DNA of 64,000 nucleotides. Source: Elsinoe ampelina (lineage: Eukaryota). The notes below the pieces were generated by a model that made no database searches, was not told the DNA's origin, and worked only from the letters and a program-made list of their open reading frames with translations. The stretch is from NCBI GenBank assembly GCA_010093995.1, contig ML992506.1, positions 368,832 through 432,831 on the forward strand, given 5' to 3'. The position numbers and the translations under genes were made by a program. Each line of letters opens with the position of its first letter. The stretch's first letter is position 1. Shown here in pieces: positions 13,499 through 26,020 of this stretch.

Positions 13499-14246
13499 AT
13501 GTCCGCCGACCAGAGACCAGAGCCCCTCCGTCTGGGCAGCATTGCCCCCAACTTCAAGGCAGAGACCACCGGTGGCCCCATTGACTTCCACGAGTTCATT
13601 GGCAACAACTGGGTCATCCTCTTCTCTCACCCTGAGGACTACACCCCTGTCTGCACCACCGAGCTCGGTGCATTCGCCAAGCTTGAGCCCGAGTTCACCA
13701 AGCGCGGTGTGAAGCTCATCGGCCTCTCTGCCAACACAATCGAGAGCCATGGTGGTTGGATCAAGGATATCAACGAGATCAGCGGTGCCAACCTCAAGTT
13801 CCCCATCATTGGCGACAAGGAGAGGAAGGTAGCTTACGCCTACGACATGTTGGACCACCAGGATGCCACAAACGTCGACAGCAAGGGTATCGCCTTCACG
13901 ATCCGCTCTGTCTTCGTCATCGACCCGAAGAAGGTCATCCGTACCATCCTGTCATATCCCGCCTCCACCGGCCGCAACACCGCAGAGGTTCTTCGTATCG
14001 TCGATTCTCTGCAGACTGGCGACAAGCATAGGGTGACTAGCCCTGTGAACTGGATTCCGGGTATGCTACATAAGGGTCCTATCGTGTTCAAATTCTTCAG
14101 CTGACCCTCTTATAGGTGATGACGTGATCGTGCACCCAAGCGTTCAAGGCGAAGAAGCCAAGAAGCTCTTCCCAAAGATGACAGTCGTCAAGCCGTACCT
14201 CCGTTTCACCCCCCTCCCCAAGGAGGACACCAGCGCTGCCGTATAG
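13499..14246 (+). CDS. PRX1: 1-Cys peroxiredoxin (Prx6 family)
   Basis: FSHPEDYTPVCTTE motif and YPASTGRN. An intron at 14061-14115 gives the C-terminus GDDVIVHP...KPYLRFTPLP. Confidence 0.96.
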
Positions 14247-15000
14247 AGTAGAAGGGAAGAGATCTGCAAGAGCAAGGGCGGTAGGAAAAGATATAAGATG
14301 CCGAAATGAATATTTTCACTCCCAGATCGCCAGCTGAAGAATGTACAAGCCAGTATTTCCAAATTACCAGAATGACACAAGCCATAATCACTCTTCCTAG
14401 ACTGCATGAGATCTGTGTGATGTCCGGTCTCCATACCCTTGGTGGCTAGGTTGTCCGATACTGCGACACGACCCGACATTGCATACCAACCTCTATTCCA
14501 GTGGAGATTCTGTGAGGTTCTGTTTCACCGAGGGACAGATGAAGTGTTTCCGCATTCCGCAGTGTGGTGGGTAGTCGTGGGTCACGGAGTCTGGTCCTTT
14601 CTGCAGACTTGATGTTCTGTGTATTGATCGAGCTCTTCGCTGACATTGTACGTACCTGGTAGTCGATGTACTACCGGCTTCGCAGAGACTGCTGGATCTT
14701 GGAAGCCTTCTAGGTGCAAGTGCGCCGATCACAGGCAAAAGACAGTGAGCGCTTTGCAGGTTTGTCCAAGGATGACGAGGTTCCTTCGTACCGTGGGGTG
14801 GGACGAAGGAGGACGATACCTCCTTATCGAGGGACCAAACGGCGATATTGAGTCTTGCAGTGGTGGGCACTGAAGGGATGTGAACCTAACGAGAAGATGG
14901 TCGTGAAGAGGGCAGGGAAGATGCTAGCAATTCGACGGGTTGCAACGATCTCTGAAAAGCGACATAGCAGAAGAATGCTCATTCAAGGGTATCATCATCA

Positions 15001-16947
15001 TCAATCGTCAAACCCCTCCCACCCCTCCTCCTCCTCCCCACCTCCCGTCTGCATCCCCTTCCCCTCCACCCAAGCCTCTGCATTCCTCCTTCTCACCTCC
15101 CCAACCAACCTCTCCGTTTCCTCCTCGGCCCTTCTCTCCTCCTCCGTGAGCCCCTTCTTCCTCTCCCTCTCCCTCTTCTCCCCTCTCTTCTCCCTCCTCT
15201 CCTCCCTCGTCTTCTTCATCTCCTTCTGCCTTGTCCAAGCTCTCTCCTGCCTCCCCTCCTCCGTCTCCTTTTCCTGCCTCTTCCCCGCCCTTTCAGCGTC
15301 GGTCAGGGAGAGCTCTTCCAATCGACGCTTCTCCCGCTCTTTGTCCTTGTACTTCACCGCGGCTAGGAAATTAGCTCGCCCGAGCCGCCAGTCGCCTTTC
15401 CAATTCTTGGATTCAGGCATGCGCGGGAGACGGAGGAGACCCCAGCCTTCGGCGAGCGAGGCCCAGTCTGCGTCGCGGAGGTCGAAGATGGATTTTGCGG
15501 CGTGTTTGCCGTAGCTGCGGACCCAGGAGACGAAGGCGCGTTGGGCTCTGTCGTGGGTGGCGCGGTCGCGGGCGACGAGGGTGCGGATGTGGGTGGTGGT
15601 GGCAGCGGCTTCTTCTGCGGAGGGCAGGGGGAGGGGGTAGGCTGTGGCGGGGGTGCCGCGGAGGCGGAGGAATTCGATGTAGCCCTTTTCTTGTTCTTGG
15701 GGTTCGAGGAAGACTATGGCGGTGCCTCGACGTCCGGCGCGACCGGCGCGGCCGCAGCGGTGGACAAAGGTTTTGGGGTCGGATGGTGGATCGAGTTGGA
15801 GGACAAGATCGACTTGGGGGATGTCAAGACCGCGGGCGGCGACATCGGTTGTAAGCAGAAGAGTTGGGGTTGATGAGGAAGTGAAGGCAGTAAAGTTACG
15901 GGCTCGAACGGCGGGTGGAAGCTTGCCGTGAAGAGGGATAAGATTGTAGGGAGTTGAGGATAGAAGAGCTGGGAGAACAATAGACCAGTAGTCTACACTG
16001 TGGCAGGTCGATAGATAGATAAGGGTTTTCAGTGGCGGAGGTGAGATTGAGTTGAGGAGATGTAGCAAGGTGGTGATCTTGTGAGAGGCGGGTGTGGTCA
16101 AATATGTGATGTTAAGGGCCGAGGGAGTCTTTTGCTCGCCTGTCTTGGACCGAACTCGGACTACAACTTTGACAGGATTACGAAGCCCAACACGGATGAG
16201 CTGGTCCAGAGCTTCAGACATGGAAGCTGAGAAGAGTCCAGTTCGTCTCTGTTTAGGTAGTCGAGTCAGTATCTTGCGGAGTGTATCTGAGAAGCCTAGG
16301 TCGAGTAGCCGATCCGCCTCATCCAGGACTAGGGTAGAGAAGGTCGACTGCGAACAGTGGACATGTGATGACGAGAGTAGCTCAAGCAGGCGACCAGGTG
16401 TTGCGATGATGAAATTCGGAGAGTGGTTCAGGAAATGTGCGAGGTCTGCAGCAGGTGGTGTTGTGCCGCCAAGTAGGAGTTGAGGGATGATTTTGGGGGC
16501 GATGGAGGCGGGTTTGCTACTTGGTTCGTCTTCCTCCATAGTGTCCGTATCGTGGTCTTTCGGTAGATGTGCAGCTGAAGGTCCATGAAAAGCCAGTAAG
16601 GATATGAGTACTGAGTATATCTGCGAGGCTAGCTCGCGAGTTGGCGAGACTATGATGGCTCCAATGTGGTGGCGTTTAGGTTGGTCCTCTTGCCGTAATA
16701 GCTTTTCAACGACAGGCAAGAGGAATGAAAGAGTCTTCCCACTACCTGTGACGGCCTCTACGACGACATCTTTGTTGCCCATGAATAGTGGTATTGTGCT
16801 GGCTTGGACGGGCGTCATTTGGTGAAAGCCCATACTCGAAATGGCATCCAGAATCCATTCTGACAGTGAAGGTGTCAAGGCTTGCCATGACCGTTTCGAC
16901 AACTTCGGTGTGGTGTCTCCATTCGCTTCAGATGTATCCTTGGACAT
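15001..16947 (-). CDS. SPB4: DEAD-box rRNA helicase Spb4/DDX55
   Basis: Q motif [34 protein letters not shown] and [10 protein letters not shown], with a DDX55-type C-terminus (AFVSWVRSY). ATG at 16947. Confidence 0.95.
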   Translation of the reverse strand: MSKDTSEANGDTTPKLSKRSWQALTPSLSEWILDAISSMGFHQMTPVQASTIPLFMGNKDVVVEAVTGSGKTLSFLLPVVEKLLRQEDQPKRHHIGAIIVSPTRELASQIYSVLISLLAFHGPSAAHLPKDHDTDTMEEDEPSSKPASIAPKIIPQLLLGGTTPPAADLAHFLNHSPNFIIATPGRLLELLSSSHVHCSQSTFSTLVLDEADRLLDLGFSDTLRKILTRLPKQRRTGLFSASMSEALDQLIRVGLRNPVKVVVRVRSKTGEQKTPSALNITYLTTPASHKITTLLHLLNSISPPPLKTLIYLSTCHSVDYWSIVLPALLSSTPYNLIPLHGKLPPAVRARNFTAFTSSSTPTLLLTTDVAARGLDIPQVDLVLQLDPPSDPKTFVHRCGRAGRAGRRGTAIVFLEPQEQEKGYIEFLRLRGTPATAYPLPLPSAEEAAATTTHIRTLVARDRATHDRAQRAFVSWVRSYGKHAAKSIFDLRDADWASLAEGWGLLRLPRMPESKNWKGDWRLGRANFLAAVKYKDKEREKRRLEELSLTDAERAGKRQEKETEEGRQERAWTRQKEMKKTREERREKRGEKRERERKKGLTEEERRAEEETERLVGEVRRRNAEAWVEGKGMQTGGGEEEEGWEGFDD

Positions 16948-17444
16948 CTTGCGCAGCGTGAAGGTCGACGAGGGCGTTGATGAGGTCAACTTTTTTCGAG
17001 AAGCTGGATGGGATTTTCGCGCGAAATCTGCCTGATTCGGTAGAGAATGCGAAAGTCACATGATCAGATCCCGCACTCGCCACGAAGCAACAACACCGCA
17101 ACGGAACTTGACAAGGTAGTTGACGATTTATGACAGGATATCTACAAGATGGAAAAACAAATGCATGGAGCACTGTGGCAGGAGGAAACTTTTGATTGTG
17201 TGGATGAATCTCTACTTCCAAGTCATTGACCATTTTGGAGGACCGAAGAAAACGCTATGCAGAGAAGTTGAATGCGGCGCCTTGACCATGACTGTTGTAC
17301 GACTAGCTGCCCTTCCCATCTGCGTCCCAGGATGTGCTGCAACACAAAAACACCAAAGTGCTGGCATGCACTGTGTGCATTTCTCATTCTTGTATCGTAG
17401 CCTCAGATTTTTGGACGCCAAGATGCTCTACCATCTGCCCAAGA

Positions 17445-19076
17445 TCATACCGAGCTCTCAATCTTTTGCTCGGCAGCGACTTGCTGAACTTGCTGTGGAG
17501 AAGTGGCCGGGGCAGCGTTTGGCGAGTATTTTGACCTCATTATGGTCTCGGCCCTAAATTTGAGCTCATCCCGGATGACTCTCTCGCTCCGGGTCTCCCA
17601 GACGGGATATGCCAGATTGGACAATGGGAACAGGACTCTGTTGTTGCGTGACCTGACAATGCTGTCGGTGTGAGGTTTCTTGCGGCTGGAGATGACACTC
17701 ATGTCGGCGGCGATCTCATGGCAGTACGAGTCGAGAGGCAGATCGTTTACACCATAGCCGAAAGGGTCTTCGATTTCGCTTCCAATGTGGACGAAAGATA
17801 GGATGATGTAGCTAGCGATGATAGTCGCAGGGATTGCCACCCACTTCAGAGCGGCCTCGAGCTGGAAGGGTAGCATGATGACGTAGATCCAGGTGATCTG
17901 AGCAATTGCAATAGAATATGCCAGAGGTAGAGGAGTGTGAGAGATTCGGTCACATCCTGTCAGGACATCATTCATGGCTGCCATGTTGTTGTAGGCGAGC
18001 GTTTGCTGCATAGGCACTTTCAGCTGGCCGTTTTCAATCATGTTGTCCACGTAAGACGCAAGATAGTTGAGGATCTCGAGAGGTAAGTTACCGACTGGTG
18101 CGCTGGCCTTCTTGAGCAGTTTCTGAGGGTTGGATTTGGCAAAGGAGATACCAAGATACTCGCCCGTTGACTTTAGCTTCGAAATGCGCGGGACGGTTGG
18201 CTTGTCTGTCTCGGTAGCTTCTTTGGCAAAGGTATCGATGTGGTCGACAAGTCCAGAGATGTCGTCATACATAGTGTATGGCTCGAAGCGGAGTTTGTGC
18301 TTGAGAGCGACAGAAAAGGCCACAATGTAGTTGAGAGCGGTACTGTAACAATGTCAGCTTAGGTGTCGAAGGATGAGAGTAGCAGGGGACAAACACTTTT
18401 GCTAGGAGATCCTGTCTGCCTAGGTCACCTTCACGCTCTATTCCATGGATGTAGATGACACGCCCGAGGTTGTGAGCCGCGAGGGTCAGCTGTGACCAAT
18501 ACTTTCGACCTTCATTGTATCTGATAGTGAGGTCAGCATGCAATATCGCTGCAATCATGATTTCGTAGATACCGTTCGTATGCAGTTGTGGAGCGGAAGC
18601 TCAGAGCCAAACCGACAACGAAACCAAGGACAGTGAGCAGGACGGTGTTCACGGCGACTATAGCATGTCAGCACTGAAGGGAGAGATTGCAGAAATCTTC
18701 TTACGTGAATAGACATATGCCGAGATGAGGCGGATAGCCGTCGCCCAAGCGCCCATAAACGTCAGGGGAATCAGCATTGCCGGCATTACGGATCCATGAA
18801 GACGAAGCCATGTTGGCCACTTGGAATGCTTGTTCAGATCGCGAGGTCCGGTCTGGGAAGGTTAGTGATGAAGGTGCCGATGTCACAGGTCGGCCATACA
18901 AAATAGTCCTCAATGTCGACCGAAGTCTGAGCGCGGCTGAATGCTCTGAATTCATGAGCATCGTCGGGAATAGAGTCGCGTGGCATTGTGGTTGAGGAAG
19001 GAGCTGAATCATTGAATCCTGTAGTGCGCTTCCTGACTGGGTCGGGAGAGTGATGAATGGCGCCGTCTTCCCCCAT
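17445..19076 (-). CDS. bestrophin-like UPF0187/YneE anion channel
   Basis: Spliced exons give GPRDLNKHSKWP..LHGSV, RSTTAYERYNEGRKYW, DRISHTPLPLAY and GSEIEDPFGYGVNDLPLD. At least 4 short GT-AG introns. Confidence 0.88.
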
Positions 19077-20288
19077 TGTGATAATCGAAGATGATGGCTT
19101 TGATTACGATGCTATGGTATGATCAATTGCCTGACTATCCGACCCAGCGGTAGTCCGAGGCGCAGATATGGTACGAATGAAGAGCTGAGGGAGTCCAGGA
19201 AGTAAATAGGTGATTTTCTAAAGGAGAAGCAAGCAAATGACAAGCTCTTATTCTCATCAAAATTTTAGAAGTGACAGGCTGTGTCAGGAACAGACGCCAA
19301 CAAAGCAGCCACCCAAGCACCGACACGAGGGGTCCCCTGTCAAGACGACACCAATGCAGGGGATGCCAAGTGCCGATCTACCACTAGAGACTGAACCAGA
19401 ACCATCAGAGAATCAGTGCTTCTGTTTTGCGTTGTCATCGGTGTGATGAGGTGTTGTATTTTTCGGGGTCTTGACAGGGGCAGCGAATCGTGTTGTGCGG
19501 CGTCGTCAACAGACACGCAAGTGGTCTTCTCATTCTATAGCAATCATCTGCACCCTTTTACACCAGTCTATACCACGCGAGGAATGCAGTCCGTGCCCCT
19601 GACTTGAAGCAGAGCATGGACTGGAATTGGTGCATTGGGGCGAAACCTGAAACTCTCGTTCCAGCGACGCGAGGCTCTCGTTTTTTTTTTCTCCATTCCA
19701 GCGCGGACCGATCAGCCTTGGCGGCGCGAAAAAAAGTTGACGCGGATCGATGCGGGAGAGGCGCCTCCGCCACACTCTACCGAACCAATCATGCTGGACC
19801 GGGGTTGGAATGTACATCCGAGGTCGCTAGGTACTTTTCCCTCTTCGTGATTACCTACATGCACTTCATGTTGTTACACGAACCCATCAGCTGGAGCACC
19901 GTGGGTAGTACATGAACACCGGTGGACTGGATCAGGACACTGGACTCCCACGCCATCACTAGTCCCAACACCTACCTCTCAGAGCTGAGACTCGATTCGT
20001 ACAAACCACGACTGCCGGGACTATCGACATTACTCAAATCCCACTCATATCCCGTTCATCCCACCACACCATGACAAAGGTTATACGCAATTCTGGCTAT
20101 CTGAGGTTGCACAAGCGACCAAGAAAGGATAGTGTCAAGAAGCTCAAGGAGAAGCTCCCCGCTCTTGTGCAAGCCTTTATATCTGGTTGTAATCGAAGGC
20201 TGCATACTTGATTTTCTTCTATTCCGCGTTCTGCTTTACTTGAAGTGTTCAATACATTCGTTTTGCTCGTTCGAAAGTATATCACAAC

Positions 20289-21776
20289 ATGCTCCAAGTC
20301 CCTCCTCCGGCCAGTCTTAGCAACAACCTCACACCATCCGGTATGCTTCGGAAGTCCATCATTCGCCGGGGTTCACGTGATTCGGCGACCACATTCACCG
20401 CTGACTTGAGTTCTTGGATTAAATCTCAGCTACTGACGATTTCTGAGGATGACTCGATCCTCGCCTGTGGTGCTGCCGTTGTTGCTATGCTTCAGGCTCG
20501 TCCAGATGCTGTCAAGACCCTGGCTCACGACAAAATACATACCTTCCCTTTCAAAGAGGTTCCGGGCTGCTGGATACGACTATATGAGGATGCCTGCATT
20601 TGGACGGTTGTCGACATCCTGGGATCCCACGCAAGCTCAACTGAGGAGGACGACCAGAGGATGCGCAGCTCACTGAAGCGTAACAGCAATGGCGTCGCAA
20701 AGGCATCTCACCTCGCTCATCTTCCGATGCTGTCATCTGATGACTCCGATTCATGGCTAGCAAAGGTCGTTCGCGAGCTGGACATGGCTATTATCATGAC
20801 CGAAGCCGAAGTCAGAGGTGGCCTGATACACGACATATTTGACCGACTGGAAGCATTCCTCGAACACCAAGAAGTCGCAGCCTGGCCTTTCTCCGGACTA
20901 TTTCCTCATGATTGCAATGCCCTTGAGCTCCAAAATACCGTTCCAGTGAAAGCTTCCCTCTCGCTCGAGGCGTTTCAGATTCATCTTGACTCCACTGGCG
21001 GCCCAATGGTCATCCAAGACGTGGTTACAGACTGGCCAGCTTACGAGTTGTGGTACAACCCAGAATATCTCTACCGCAAAACACTCCGCGGCTATCGTCT
21101 CGTCCCTGTAGAGGTCGGAAAGTCTTACACACACGATGCATGGACACAAAAGATCATGACTTTCAAGGAATTCATGACCAAGCATCTACTGAACCCGAAA
21201 GCAAACGAAGTCGGCTATCTGGCTCAGCATGATCTGCTCAAACAAGTCCCAGCGCTGATCGGAGACACCATCACTCCAGACTTCTGCCATTGCGAACCTC
21301 CCGACCACCTTCCAGACAACATCCCCGAACGCCCACGCAAGCTTCCATCTCCGCAGACCAATGCCTGGCTCGGTCCCGGTGGTACCATCAGCGACCTCCA
21401 CACCGATCCCTACCATAACATACTCTGCCAAGTAATTGGCCGCAAGTACATCCGCCTCTACGCCCCTGAAGAGACACACAGGTTGTACCCACGCGGCACT
21501 GACGAGGCCGGCATCAACATGAACAATACTTCGAAAGTCGACATCAAACAGGCGAGAAGGCTTTTCACCAATGGCTCGTCGTCCACCGGCTCCTCCGATC
21601 AAGCAGACGTCGATGCAGAGATTGCAGACTTTGAGAAGCGCTTCCCCTCGTTCAGAGAGGCCAAATACCTCGAATGCATTCTCGAAGCTGGAGACTGTCT
21701 ATACATCCCTGTCGGATGGTGGCATTTTGTCGAAAGCCTCGAGACCAGCATCAACGTGTCGTACTGGTTCAATTGA
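20289..21776 (+). CDS. JmjC-domain hydroxylase (JMJD5/KDM8-like, cupin_8)
   Basis: VPVEVGKSY, GYLAQHDL, NAWLGPGGT, LHTDPYHN (HxD) and YIPVGWWHFVES. Confidence 0.92.
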   Translation: MLQVPPPASLSNNLTPSGMLRKSIIRRGSRDSATTFTADLSSWIKSQLLTISEDDSILACGAAVVAMLQARPDAVKTLAHDKIHTFPFKEVPGCWIRLYEDACIWTVVDILGSHASSTEEDDQRMRSSLKRNSNGVAKASHLAHLPMLSSDDSDSWLAKVVRELDMAIIMTEAEVRGGLIHDIFDRLEAFLEHQEVAAWPFSGLFPHDCNALELQNTVPVKASLSLEAFQIHLDSTGGPMVIQDVVTDWPAYELWYNPEYLYRKTLRGYRLVPVEVGKSYTHDAWTQKIMTFKEFMTKHLLNPKANEVGYLAQHDLLKQVPALIGDTITPDFCHCEPPDHLPDNIPERPRKLPSPQTNAWLGPGGTISDLHTDPYHNILCQVIGRKYIRLYAPEETHRLYPRGTDEAGINMNNTSKVDIKQARRLFTNGSSSTGSSDQADVDAEIADFEKRFPSFREAKYLECILEAGDCLYIPVGWWHFVESLETSINVSYWFN

Positions 21777-21946
21777 GCACAAAAGCAACAATACTGAGCA
21801 TAGGACAAATCCGACCGAGGAACTGGAACTTTCGATCACTCCTTTAATGATAATGACCATGATTTAGTGATGAGTCACGCAGCAAAAACACTCGAATACA
21901 TGTTACATTTGCATGGGTATCATTGATTTCTAGAACGTCATCGTCA

Positions 21947-24900
21947 TCACTCGTCGTCTTCACTCTCATCAACTTGTGCCGCCTGCTTCTTTCTCGCAGA
22001 CGCCTTCCTCATCTTCCTGCCCTTCGGCCGTGTCTCGGCAAAATCCTCGTCGCCATCTTCACCCTCAGTCGCAGTAGCAGCAGCAGACTTCCTCTTCCTC
22101 CCCCTCTTCGGCTTCTCCTCCTCAACCTCCTTTTCCACCACCTCCTCACCCTCATCCTCTCCCCCTTCTCCCCCCGCATCATCCCCCCTCCTCTTCCTCC
22201 TCGCCCTAGCAGCCATCCTCCCCAACGCCCCACCCAACCTCTTACTCCCCCCCTCCACCCTCTTCCTCGGCTCATACGCCCCGGCCCCCGTCCCCCCCGC
22301 GAAAAACTTCGTGATGTTACTCTGCGTCCCCTCCTGCTGCCTCCGATTCATATCCCTGATCACGGGCACCAAAACCTCGTCCGTCCTCTCCTGACTCCAC
22401 CCGATGGTCGCCATGAGGAAACCCCTCAACGCATCCAGATCCGGCACGCCCCACTGGAACGGACTCGGGTCGCTATCGACTTCGGGCCGGAGGTAAGCCG
22501 CCTCGACGCGGGGGTCGGGGAAGCCGACGGGGAGGAACAACTTGGCCGCGTTCTTGCGGAATTTGCGCCGGAAGGGAATCGCGAGGTCGGTTTCCTTCTT
22601 CACGCGACCTTCTTGGACGCCGGTCCACCAGTCGCGGAAGGACGAGAGGGAGTCGAATTCGCCGAGGATTTCGAGGGCAGTGACGGGCCCGATGCCGGGG
22701 ACGCCTTCGGTGTAGTCGCTGCCCAAGAGCTGGGCGATGCCGATGAGTTTGTCGCGCGTGAGGTCGAATTCCTTTTCGAGGTCGGACAGGAGGTAGCATT
22801 CGACGAATTTGGCTTGGTTGAACATGTTTTTGTAGATGCGGGTGCCGCCGAAGAGGAAGCAATCCGAGTCGTCGGTGACAATGCCGTCGACGAGGCCGAG
22901 GTGGACGAGTTCGGCGCATTGGGCTTCGGCTTCCATGGGGGCGGTGATGTAGGGAAGACCGAAGAGGCGGAGGAGTTGTTGGCATTCGGTGATCATGATT
23001 TGGGTGACTTCGTCTGCGTCGCGGCGGTCCTTCTTCTGTTGGGTGCGGAGTTGTTTGAGTTCCCGTTCGTAGTCGGCGATGTTTTGGGCTTGAGTCTTTT
23101 GGTTGAGCTCGGAGGCGAAACGAGCGTGTTCTTGTGCTTCGATCTCGAGTTGGCGCATGAGGTCTTCATCTTCGCTGTCAGTGAGGAGGCCGAAGTCTTC
23201 ATCTTCCTCAGCTGGAGCAGACTGAGCGGCGAGGCCAGAAGCGCCGTTGATGCTTGCTTCGGTGTTGGCGATTTGAGCAGATAGATCCGCAGCCTGCTCA
23301 GCAGCTGGATTCGGAGCAGTAGGTATTGAGACGTCCTCAAAGTCGGGTGAAGCGGATCGAGACGATACTTGCTCAGCGAGCTGATTTTGGGGGCTTGCGG
23401 CGGCGTTGTCTATAGCTTTCGAAACAGGCCGAGCTTCGTGAACGCTGTCAGACCATTCTATGTCCTCGTCATCTTCAGCTTCTCGTGATCCGGCAGGACC
23501 GTTCTCAGCGACTTGAAAACCCAGTCGACGATTCTCTGGTGGAGCGGCCATGGCTGGATCGTGAATGATCGAGGGCATCGCATCGTCCGGAGGCGGCGCA
23601 ATCGCTGGGGGCTCAATCCGGACGCTCTCAGCAAGGTCACCCATGGTGACATCTGGATTGTCGACGTCTGCGTCCTTGTTCTCATTTCCATTCGTCTTGC
23701 CGTCCACGCTGGGCTCTTCGTCCTCCTCGTCAATGACGAGCACCTCTCGCTGCTTGCCTTGCGTGTCCTCGTCGTCCAGATCGATGATCTCATTCGTCTC
23801 TGCTCGCTTGAGAACGCTCGGCTGATCGAATTGGAACTGCTGGTCGTCCCTGTACTGTTTTGCCTTTTCACGGTCTTCTCGTTCGATAGCTTCTTGCCGC
23901 TTGATCTCCTCGTCCGGATTGCCCTCGAACCAAGGAGGTAATGGTCGTGCTTCATCTTTCTTGTCGCCAACTTTCTCAAAACCTCCAGCAGTCTTCTCTT
24001 CTATTTTTTGAAGCTTCTTCCCAAACAGAGAATTACCTAAATCAAGCTTCTCGAATGGTAGAGGTCCACTCGATTTGGGCTTTGGCTTGTTCAGCTCGGC
24101 GACAGATGCTTGCACCTTTGAGGCTCGCTTCTGGTCTGCAGTCTGCTTAGCAGCCTGGTCTAGATTGTCGTGCTTCGGGCTGTGCGAGCCATTTTGCTGT
24201 TCATCTGCTTCGTCTTCGCTGTCGCTCTCGGCTTGGAACACGGATGCCTTGGGCGCTCTGTTCGCTCGTGCGTTTACCTGGCGAGCGATTGCAAGTCCAG
24301 AGCTACCAGCTGTTCCCTTGAACGAGGGTGCATCCTCAACTCTCTTTTGTTGAAAGACACCAAGGTTGTTGCCATCCTCGTCCGGATCAGCTGTGGACTC
24401 TTCGCTTTCTCCATCCTTCTGTAGCGACATGGCGATCGCCCTTTTGAGTTCTTCGTCTTCATCAACGTCCATCTCGCCGTTCTCTTCAACAGCCTCCTCT
24501 TCTGATGACTCCTCTACATCTTCATCTGCCACGAACAGCGATTCGGGATCTTTCGGTTGCGTCGCAGATTGTTGTTTCTTCGGTCGCGAAGAGCGTGCTT
24601 TTCGAGGTCTTCGAGATCCATTGTTCGCTCGCCTTTGTCGACCAACGAAGTTCTGTACTGGATCATTTGCTTGTCCATGCACAGGTCTCGGTAACCTGTT
24701 CAATCCTTCGATCGGCACATCTTCAAAGTCCTCCTCGCTTTGCTCTTGGTCATCCTCCTCCTCACGCTTGATCCTCTCACCCAACTCATCCACATCAATA
24801 GGCTTATCCTGCCGACCCTCATCTCTGCCCTCAACCACACCCAGTGCCCATCCTCCTTCCACACCATCATTCCTGACCAGCACGTACTCCCTCCCCTTCT

Positions 24901-25804
24901 CGCCTGCCACTCTCCCAGTCCCATTGATACCCCACATCCCATCATCGTTCATGCCATTAATGTTCATCAGCCTCTGCGTCAATTCATTCCTCTCTGCCAC
25001 TCTCTCGATCTGAAACCTCGAAAAGTCCATCCTGTTCGGGAACATCCTATCCAACTGCTCCTTACTATACCCCATCCGCAACCTACTCCTCAACCTCGCC
25101 GCATTCAAGATATTATACCGATCGCTCGCCGGCAAACTCGTAAAGAACGGGCTATCAAAATCAATCTTACTGAAATCATACACATTGATATCCTCCCCCG
25201 TATCAAACTGCCTCGCGTATGCCTCCAGTTCCTCCAAACTCATGATGCGCGGATCATTCGGCGCCCCCATCTCCTGCATACTCGACTCCAGCTCGGGCAA
25301 ATGATACTGGTCCTTCTTCCGGAACTTGCGGTTCTGCACCCGCTCTTTCTGCGTCATGTGCACTTCATCGGCGTACACCAGTCCTTCATCAGGCACCTCC
25401 TCCTCTTCGACCCTCTGATCCTGTCTCTTGCGCTGCTTCTCCTCCTCCTCGGCGGCACGTTGCATCTGCAGCGCCAACAACTTCCCCGCCGTACGCACCG
25501 CGTCTTCCTTCCGACCCTCCCGTCGTCGCTTCCTGGCAGTGATGGTGGCGCGTTTCAGCGCCGGTGCGCCGCCGTCGAAGACAAAGACCGGCTGGATGCC
25601 GACGAAGAGGAGTTTGCATATTCGGCGGAAGAAGCCCACGACGTGGCTGTTGCGGAGGGCGTTGCCTTCTTTATCGCGGACGGCTTTGAGGAATTGGTAG
25701 ATCCAGATCGAGGCGTCAACTGCGAGTCGCTTTTTATTTAGCGTTTCGAGTTTGGTGGGACGAGCGCAGGGGGAGACGACGGTCCAGAGGCCGGTGACAC
25801 CCAT
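21947..25804 (-). CDS. RAD2: XPG/Rad2 nucleotide-excision-repair endonuclease
   Basis: XPG-N (MGVTGLW, AVDASIW, VFVFDG) and XPG-I (APMEAEAQC, TDDSD, LLGSDYT.G) domains separated by a long spacer with a UIM-like EELKRAIAMSL. Confidence 0.97.
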   Translation of the reverse strand: MGVTGLWTVVSPCARPTKLETLNKKRLAVDASIWIYQFLKAVRDKEGNALRNSHVVGFFRRICKLLFVGIQPVFVFDGGAPALKRATITARKRRREGRKEDAVRTAGKLLALQMQRAAEEEEKQRKRQDQRVEEEEVPDEGLVYADEVHMTQKERVQNRKFRKKDQYHLPELESSMQEMGAPNDPRIMSLEELEAYARQFDTGEDINVYDFSKIDFDSPFFTSLPASDRYNILNAARLRSRLRMGYSKEQLDRMFPNRMDFSRFQIERVAERNELTQRLMNINGMNDDGMWGINGTGRVAGEKGREYVLVRNDGVEGGWALGVVEGRDEGRQDKPIDVDELGERIKREEEDDQEQSEEDFEDVPIEGLNRLPRPVHGQANDPVQNFVGRQRRANNGSRRPRKARSSRPKKQQSATQPKDPESLFVADEDVEESSEEEAVEENGEMDVDEDEELKRAIAMSLQKDGESEESTADPDEDGNNLGVFQQKRVEDAPSFKGTAGSSGLAIARQVNARANRAPKASVFQAESDSEDEADEQQNGSHSPKHDNLDQAAKQTADQKRASKVQASVAELNKPKPKSSGPLPFEKLDLGNSLFGKKLQKIEEKTAGGFEKVGDKKDEARPLPPWFEGNPDEEIKRQEAIEREDREKAKQYRDDQQFQFDQPSVLKRAETNEIIDLDDEDTQGKQREVLVIDEEDEEPSVDGKTNGNENKDADVDNPDVTMGDLAESVRIEPPAIAPPPDDAMPSIIHDPAMAAPPENRRLGFQVAENGPAGSREAEDDEDIEWSDSVHEARPVSKAIDNAAASPQNQLAEQVSSRSASPDFEDVSIPTAPNPAAEQAADLSAQIANTEASINGASGLAAQSAPAEEDEDFGLLTDSEDEDLMRQLEIEAQEHARFASELNQKTQAQNIADYERELKQLRTQQKKDRRDADEVTQIMITECQQLLRLFGLPYITAPMEAEAQCAELVHLGLVDGIVTDDSDCFLFGGTRIYKNMFNQAKFVECYLLSDLEKEFDLTRDKLIGIAQLLGSDYTEGVPGIGPVTALEILGEFDSLSSFRDWWTGVQEGRVKKETDLAIPFRRKFRKNAAKLFLPVGFPDPRVEAAYLRPEVDSDPSPFQWGVPDLDALRGFLMATIGWSQERTDEVLVPVIRDMNRRQQEGTQSNITKFFAGGTGAGAYEPRKRVEGGSKRLGGALGRMAARARRKRRGDDAGGEGGEDEGEEVVEKEVEEEKPKRGRKRKSAAATATEGEDGDEDFAETRPKGRKMRKASARKKQAAQVDESEDDE

Positions 25805-26020
25805 GATGGCGGATACGGGTGTAGGGGCATGGTATGGGGTTGAGATGAGACAGGTGGATGATCTGGTGAGGGATGTTGAGGCGGCCGCGGAGGTTCGAAG
25901 CTCACTACGTCACGAAGCGCGAGATCACGTGAGGTCAATTAAAGATTTACTTCGTGGACTGTCCAATGCTCTCAATATCTATATCATGGGTATCATGCAC
26001 TTCAAAGCCATTCATCAGGC

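Noticed and set aside
14855..15980. Several S/L-, G/E- and R/G-rich overlapping ORFs
   Set aside because: Alternative frames of the SPB4 3' end produced by compositional skew.
21923..23284. 453-aa plus-strand ORF
   Set aside because: Antisense shadow of RAD2 within a GC-skewed, stop-poor island, with low-complexity translation.
24740..25741. 333-aa plus-strand ORF
   Set aside because: Antisense to the conserved RAD2 N-terminal domain.
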